DNA from: Acidobacteriota bacterium
GTDB lineage: Bacteria; Acidobacteriota; CAIWXX01
Length of the DNA: 64,000 nt
Reading direction: 5' to 3'
Assembly: GCA_040755995.1 (NCBI GenBank)
Contig: JBFMAF010000040.1
Span: forward strand, 32,001-96,000
How positions within the stretch are numbered: the stretch's first letter is position 1; each line of letters opens with the position of its first letter. This document shows positions 59,815 through 64,000 of the stretch, one piece after another. The notes under the pieces are model-generated. The model searched no databases. It was not told the origin of the DNA and saw nothing but the letters and a program-made list of their open reading frames with translations. A program made the translations under genes and the position numbers.

Positions 59815-61485
59815 ATGAACAGGCAGAATGGGACACGATTGGTGATGGTAAGCATGCTGGTCACAGTGATCGGGTCGGCGCTGGCGTACGCCGGGTCGAG
59901 CTGGGCACGTGCGATCGGCGAGCCTGGGATCATTGAGGAGAGCGCAGTCGGAGTCTGCCCCACAACTGACGGCGGGTATGTCTGCCTGGGATCTTGCATA
60001 GGCGGCGGGACCCCAATGGATTTGTTGGTATTCAAGCTGGACGCATCCGGCAATACGGCCTGGCAGAAGATACTCTCGGGCTCCGGCTATGAATATCCTT
60101 ACGGCATCAGTCGGACATCGGACGGCGGCTTCCTCTGTGCCGGCTGGAGTAGCTCACCCCCCGGTGCGCAGACTGACGCCTGGATTCTCAAGCTGGACTC
60201 CGCTGGAAACGTGGTTTGGCAGAGGATGTATGGGACAGGAAAGAGCAATGACTACATCACATCGGTGATTCAGGCACGTGACGGCGGCTTTTTCTTTGCG
60301 GGGTACACAGAGAACCGGTGGGCCACGGACAAGGACCTCTGGGTCGGCAGACTGAGCTCGACCGGCGACATGGTCTGGGAGAAGACCTGGGGTGGATCCT
60401 CGTACGAATACGGGGAGTCTGCCATTCAAATCCGTGCAGGGGACTACGTCGTGGCGGGCTGGACCAGGAGCTTTGGAGCAGGCTCGATTGACGGATTCGT
60501 GATCAGGTTCGCCGAGAGTGGCAGCATTGTCTGGCAGAAGACATACGGCGCCCCTGGAGACAACAAGCTGCAATGCATCACGGAGACGCACACCGGCGAC
60601 CTGGTCGCCTGTGGATCGACGTATCCAGCTGGGGCTACACCCGACGCATGGGTTCTGAAGTTGGATCTGGCAGGCAACATCATCTGGCAAAAGGCGTACT
60701 CCGGGCCTTCGTCGGACTACGCCTTTGCCCTCTCTGCAACCGCTGATGGCGGGCTGGGGCTGATCGGCACCACGCAATCCTACGGCGTGGGGCTGTATGA
60801 CTTCTGGGCGCTGAAGTTGAGCTCGGACGGCGCGATCATCTGGCAGAGGACATATGGCCTGCCAAACGACGAGCAAGCGCGCGGCGTCTGGCTCGATGAT
60901 GGCCCTGTGATGGCAGGCGAGAGCAGATGGCGAACCGGCAGCGTCACGCGCGACGCTTTCATCGTCAAGGCCGGCGCAGACGGCAGGATCGATTCCTCCT
61001 GTGGAGTCTCATCCTCCGCGGTCGTCAGCAGGTCCGCTGCAATACCCGCAGCCCAAGCCGCCGCAAGCCCCTCTGTATTCAGCGATGTATGGGTCGCAGG
61101 TTTCACCGTCTCCGACGGCTCCATTGCTAATACCCTGCTCTGCACCTCTCCCGATGGCTCGGACCTCACGGGATCCTTCTCGAGTGTGCGAGTGAGCGGG
61201 AACCGGCTGAATGCCACCTTCCGATGCGGCAACGCCGGAACGGCGGGGGCTGGCGCGTTCACTGTGCAGTTCTACCTCTCCAAGACGGCGCGCCCCGGAT
61301 CGAGGGCCATGCCGATCAGGACCTGGACAGTACCTTCGCTCGCAGCGCGAGCAGACGTGCTCACACGCCTGCGAACCTCCAAGTCGAATGCCGACCAGTA
61401 TCTCGTGGCCGTCATCGACAAGGCAGACACAGTGCACGAATACGACGAGAGCGACAACACGATCGCATACAAATTGCCAAGGTGA
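59815..61485 (+). CDS. Secreted beta-propeller repeat protein with C-terminal CARDB-like domain
   Basis: Repeats of T.DGG..G..D.W.LKLD..GN..WQK.YG; tail VIDKADTVHEYDESDN; start after GGAGG. Confidence 0.8.
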   Translation: MNRQNGTRLVMVSMLVTVIGSALAYAGSSWARAIGEPGIIEESAVGVCPTTDGGYVCLGSCIGGGTPMDLLVFKLDASGNTAWQKILSGSGYEYPYGISRTSDGGFLCAGWSSSPPGAQTDAWILKLDSAGNVVWQRMYGTGKSNDYITSVIQARDGGFFFAGYTENRWATDKDLWVGRLSSTGDMVWEKTWGGSSYEYGESAIQIRAGDYVVAGWTRSFGAGSIDGFVIRFAESGSIVWQKTYGAPGDNKLQCITETHTGDLVACGSTYPAGATPDAWVLKLDLAGNIIWQKAYSGPSSDYAFALSATADGGLGLIGTTQSYGVGLYDFWALKLSSDGAIIWQRTYGLPNDEQARGVWLDDGPVMAGESRWRTGSVTRDAFIVKAGADGRIDSSCGVSSSAVVSRSAAIPAAQAAASPSVFSDVWVAGFTVSDGSIANTLLCTSPDGSDLTGSFSSVRVSGNRLNATFRCGNAGTAGAGAFTVQFYLSKTARPGSRAMPIRTWTVPSLAARADVLTRLRTSKSNADQYLVAVIDKADTVHEYDESDNTIAYKLPR

Positions 61486-61729
61486 CCGACACGCCGCGTA
61501 TCCGGCTCCGCATGGCATGCTGTCCGGCGGGGCCGGAGCGACCGCGGCGAGCAGCCCCCCCGAACCTGTCGCAACATGGAGGCATGACAGTGACACCTTT
61601 CGGCTTGTGCGTGGTAGCCGGCCGGAGCGGCGGATGGCTTCCCGGGCTCCCTTTTCGGGGCGGGGCACGATTGGAACCAGTGGGTTTCGGAGATCACAAT
61701 CCCCGCACCGGTCATTTCCCCGGTGAAGA

Positions 61730-62233
61730 ATGTTGCGGACCTGCGCACTGCAGCCACGTTGCAGAGTTTCGCGAACATACGCGCTTGCATCCCCTGGACG
61801 GGGCATGGCGCCTGTATTCGACCGTGCAGATGAAGAAGCCGCGGCCATGGGCTGGAGCCTGATGGGCAATCTCGTGTCCGGTGTTTCACCAAAGACCCTC
61901 ATGCGGGTATACTCTCGCCCTGCCGGCCCCGCGGCCCTCGTCATGTACTTCACCCCCTTTGGACCCGCCGGAAGGGATCTCTTCACGGCTTTCGAGGATG
62001 GATTTTCACTGACGTCGACCACGACGCTCGGCTTCCAGGAAGACGACCCGGGGAAGAAGATCCTGCGGCGGCGTGTTCGCGATGCGGCACTCGATCGCCT
62101 TCATGCGATTCATGAAGAAGGTGTCCAAATGCATGAAGTAGTCAACTCCACCCGCGCCTCCCCAACGCCCAGATCGCTCGATGCTCGCGCGCGGGTCATC
62201 GATGCCTTTCTAGACAGATCCGGGCCGGTCTGA
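61730..62233 (+). CDS. Hypothetical protein
   Basis: ORF only; start uncertain. Confidence 0.4.
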   Translation: MLRTCALQPRCRVSRTYALASPGRGMAPVFDRADEEAAAMGWSLMGNLVSGVSPKTLMRVYSRPAGPAALVMYFTPFGPAGRDLFTAFEDGFSLTSTTTLGFQEDDPGKKILRRRVRDAALDRLHAIHEEGVQMHEVVNSTRASPTPRSLDARARVIDAFLDRSGPV

Positions 62234-62313
62234 GGTGACCGACTTCACTCCGGTCCGGCACTGCTTGCCGCGACGGTGACACTCATTCACGTCGATCCCA
62301 TGGCCTCCGGCAC

Positions 62314-62388
62314 CCTCTATCCATCTTTCGATAGAGGCGGGAGAGCTCGTCTGCGCCGATACTGATTGGTAGGAGCACAGAACGATGA
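62314..62388 (+). promoter_or_regulatory. Conserved operator/promoter motif, copy B
   Basis: ATCCATC-TTTC-GATAGAG GC, 16 nt, GCCGATACT, ..AGAACGATGA. Confidence 0.65.
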
Positions 62389-62536
62389 CAGGACGGCGAA
62401 TAGGAGATCAGCCGCGTGGAAGCAGGTCCAGATGCCGCGCTGATCGAGAGGGGGTGATGCAGGGAAGACAAGTGTGCCGGATTGTGATCTCACGGTAGAG
62501 AAGCAACATCGGACAACTGAAGAAAGGAGTCACAGA

Positions 62537-63094
62537 ATGAAACCGAGGACGATGCTCACTGTCCTGATTGGAGTCTCGATGGCGCTCGCGATACCCGCCA
62601 CCGCCCTCGCACAGCTCGGCCCGTACTGGACCCACATCGGCGCTGCGTGTGTGGTCGACGAGTTGGATGTCAATGACTATGAAGTGGCATACGAGGAGAT
62701 CTACTTCAAAGCGGGGGTGACGGGTTCGATTCAGGCCCGCTGTAATGTCACGAACCCTGATGATCAGGGAGACAACCCTGTATGGGACCGGCTTGGTGTC
62801 ACGTTCAAGGATCCGGACGCAACCGGAACGGGCGCGCGCATACAGGCTGTCCTGAAGAAGGTGACACGATCAACAGGAACCTCATCTACTGTTGCGACCT
62901 TTGACAGCAACAGGTTTGCGGGAACCGGATGGCAGTTCCAGGCGACGGGTGTTTCGCACACCTGGGACTTCTGGAATTACTACTACTACGTCGACATCGT
63001 TCTGTCCCGAACCAGCAGCTCGCTGGACGTGCGACTCAGCGGTGTGATGTTGTACAAGCTCTTCGGAGCCTCGACACCAGACGAGCAACAATAG
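62537..63094 (+). CDS. Secreted hypothetical protein
   Basis: AAGGAG RBS, signal peptide ending ALA, beta-rich mature part. Confidence 0.75.
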   Translation: MKPRTMLTVLIGVSMALAIPATALAQLGPYWTHIGAACVVDELDVNDYEVAYEEIYFKAGVTGSIQARCNVTNPDDQGDNPVWDRLGVTFKDPDATGTGARIQAVLKKVTRSTGTSSTVATFDSNRFAGTGWQFQATGVSHTWDFWNYYYYVDIVLSRTSSSLDVRLSGVMLYKLFGASTPDEQQ

Positions 63095-63313
63095 CACCAA
63101 CGGTATCAACTCGGCGATGCCGGCACCCTCGGCTGCAACCGCGCCGAGGGCGTCCGGCTTCGTCGCTTTCAGAAGCCATAGCAACTCGCCGTGTTCCGTA
63201 ACAACCCCTGGTGAAGGCGTGCCGAGCTCGCCGGTCGATCCGCTCACGGCGGATGAGCACGCAGCATCCTCCCGGCTGTGATCCACCTCACACTTCGCAT
63301 CCCTGCTGCTCCA

Positions 63314-63383
63314 TCTCTATCGTTCGATAGAGGCAGCAGCACGCAGGATGGCCGATACTCCAGGCAGGAGTTCAGAAAGATGA
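63314..63383 (+). promoter_or_regulatory. Conserved operator/promoter motif, copy C
   Basis: Perfect CTCTATC-GTTC-GATAGAG GC, 16 nt, GCCGATACT, ..AGAAAGATGA. Confidence 0.68.
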
Positions 63384-63421
63384 ACGCGCATCGCATGAGA
63401 TCAACCAGAGGAGGAATCGTC

Positions 63422-64000
63422 ATGTTTCATAGAGACGCGAAACTCAATATCGAAGCTCGGTCGTGCGCCAGTCTGGCTTTGTTCACCCTACTTGTCCTGA
63501 TGTCACCGGTGGGGACCCTGGCCAGCCAAGATGCGATGGAGTCAACGGAGGCTGCCAGAGTGGCGGCTCGGCAGGCGGTCCTGGATGTGCCCTTCATCGC
63601 CAATCTGGGGCAGGCCGATGAAGCCGTGGCTTATTACGCCCAGACGCACGCGGGGACGGTTTTCGTCACGCGCCGCGGCGAGCTCGTCTATGCTCTGCGC
63701 CCGGCTGGCGAGCGCACGGATGCTCAGGCAGGGCGAGACGGAGATCCGGCGCAGACGGGTTGGACCCTCGTCGAGATGATGGTCGGCGGCGATCCGCGCC
63801 CGACGGCGGGCGAAGCCTCCGAGACGCGAGTCAGTGTCTTCATCGGCGACGATCCGGCGAAATGGAAGAGCGACATACCGGCGTTCCAGACCGTGCGCTT
63901 CGGCGAGGTCTGGCCCGGCGTTGAAGCCGAGGTGCGTGCGCATGGGAAGAGCGTGGAGAAGCTTTTCAAGGTCAATCCCGGCGCCGCTGCCGAGTCGATC
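63422..64000 (+). CDS. Secreted SBBP-repeat-type protein, N-terminal part (runs off window end)
   Basis: Not in ORF track; GGAGG RBS, ATG 63422, FIANLGQ, FIGDDPAKW, VWPGV, EKLFKVNPGA. Confidence 0.8.
   Translation, partial: MFHRDAKLNIEARSCASLALFTLLVLMSPVGTLASQDAMESTEAARVAARQAVLDVPFIANLGQADEAVAYYAQTHAGTVFVTRRGELVYALRPAGERTDAQAGRDGDPAQTGWTLVEMMVGGDPRPTAGEASETRVSVFIGDDPAKWKSDIPAFQTVRFGEVWPGVEAEVRAHGKSVEKLFKVNPGAAAESI

Overview
GC-rich bacterial window, probably Acidobacteriota (inferred from an ADOP-type permease remnant, a Reg_prop/Y_Y_Y sensor and VPS10/S46 genes). Apart from mdh it is mostly accessory DNA: transporters, large secreted proteins, several signalling clusters, three toxin-antitoxin pairs, four radical SAM genes (two paralogous RiPP-type B12 radical SAM methyltransferases) plus a SPASM remnant, and many deletion-scarred gene fragments. 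No rRNA, tRNA, CRISPR array, integrase or transposase was seen. Strongest candidates for something new: (1) a stand-alone 1425-aa BREX BrxC/DUF6079-like ATPase fused to a minimal PglZ-like phosphodiesterase domain, divergent from a TPR gene and with no other BREX genes; (2) a three-copy, fixed-spacing operator/promoter motif upstream of three secreted-protein genes near a NarL-family two-component system; (3) a 65-bp TA-flanked MITE-like element in two copies; (4) a shared basic C-terminal IPT-like domain that may be a sorting signal. All family assignments come from motif recognition by eye, not from database searches.
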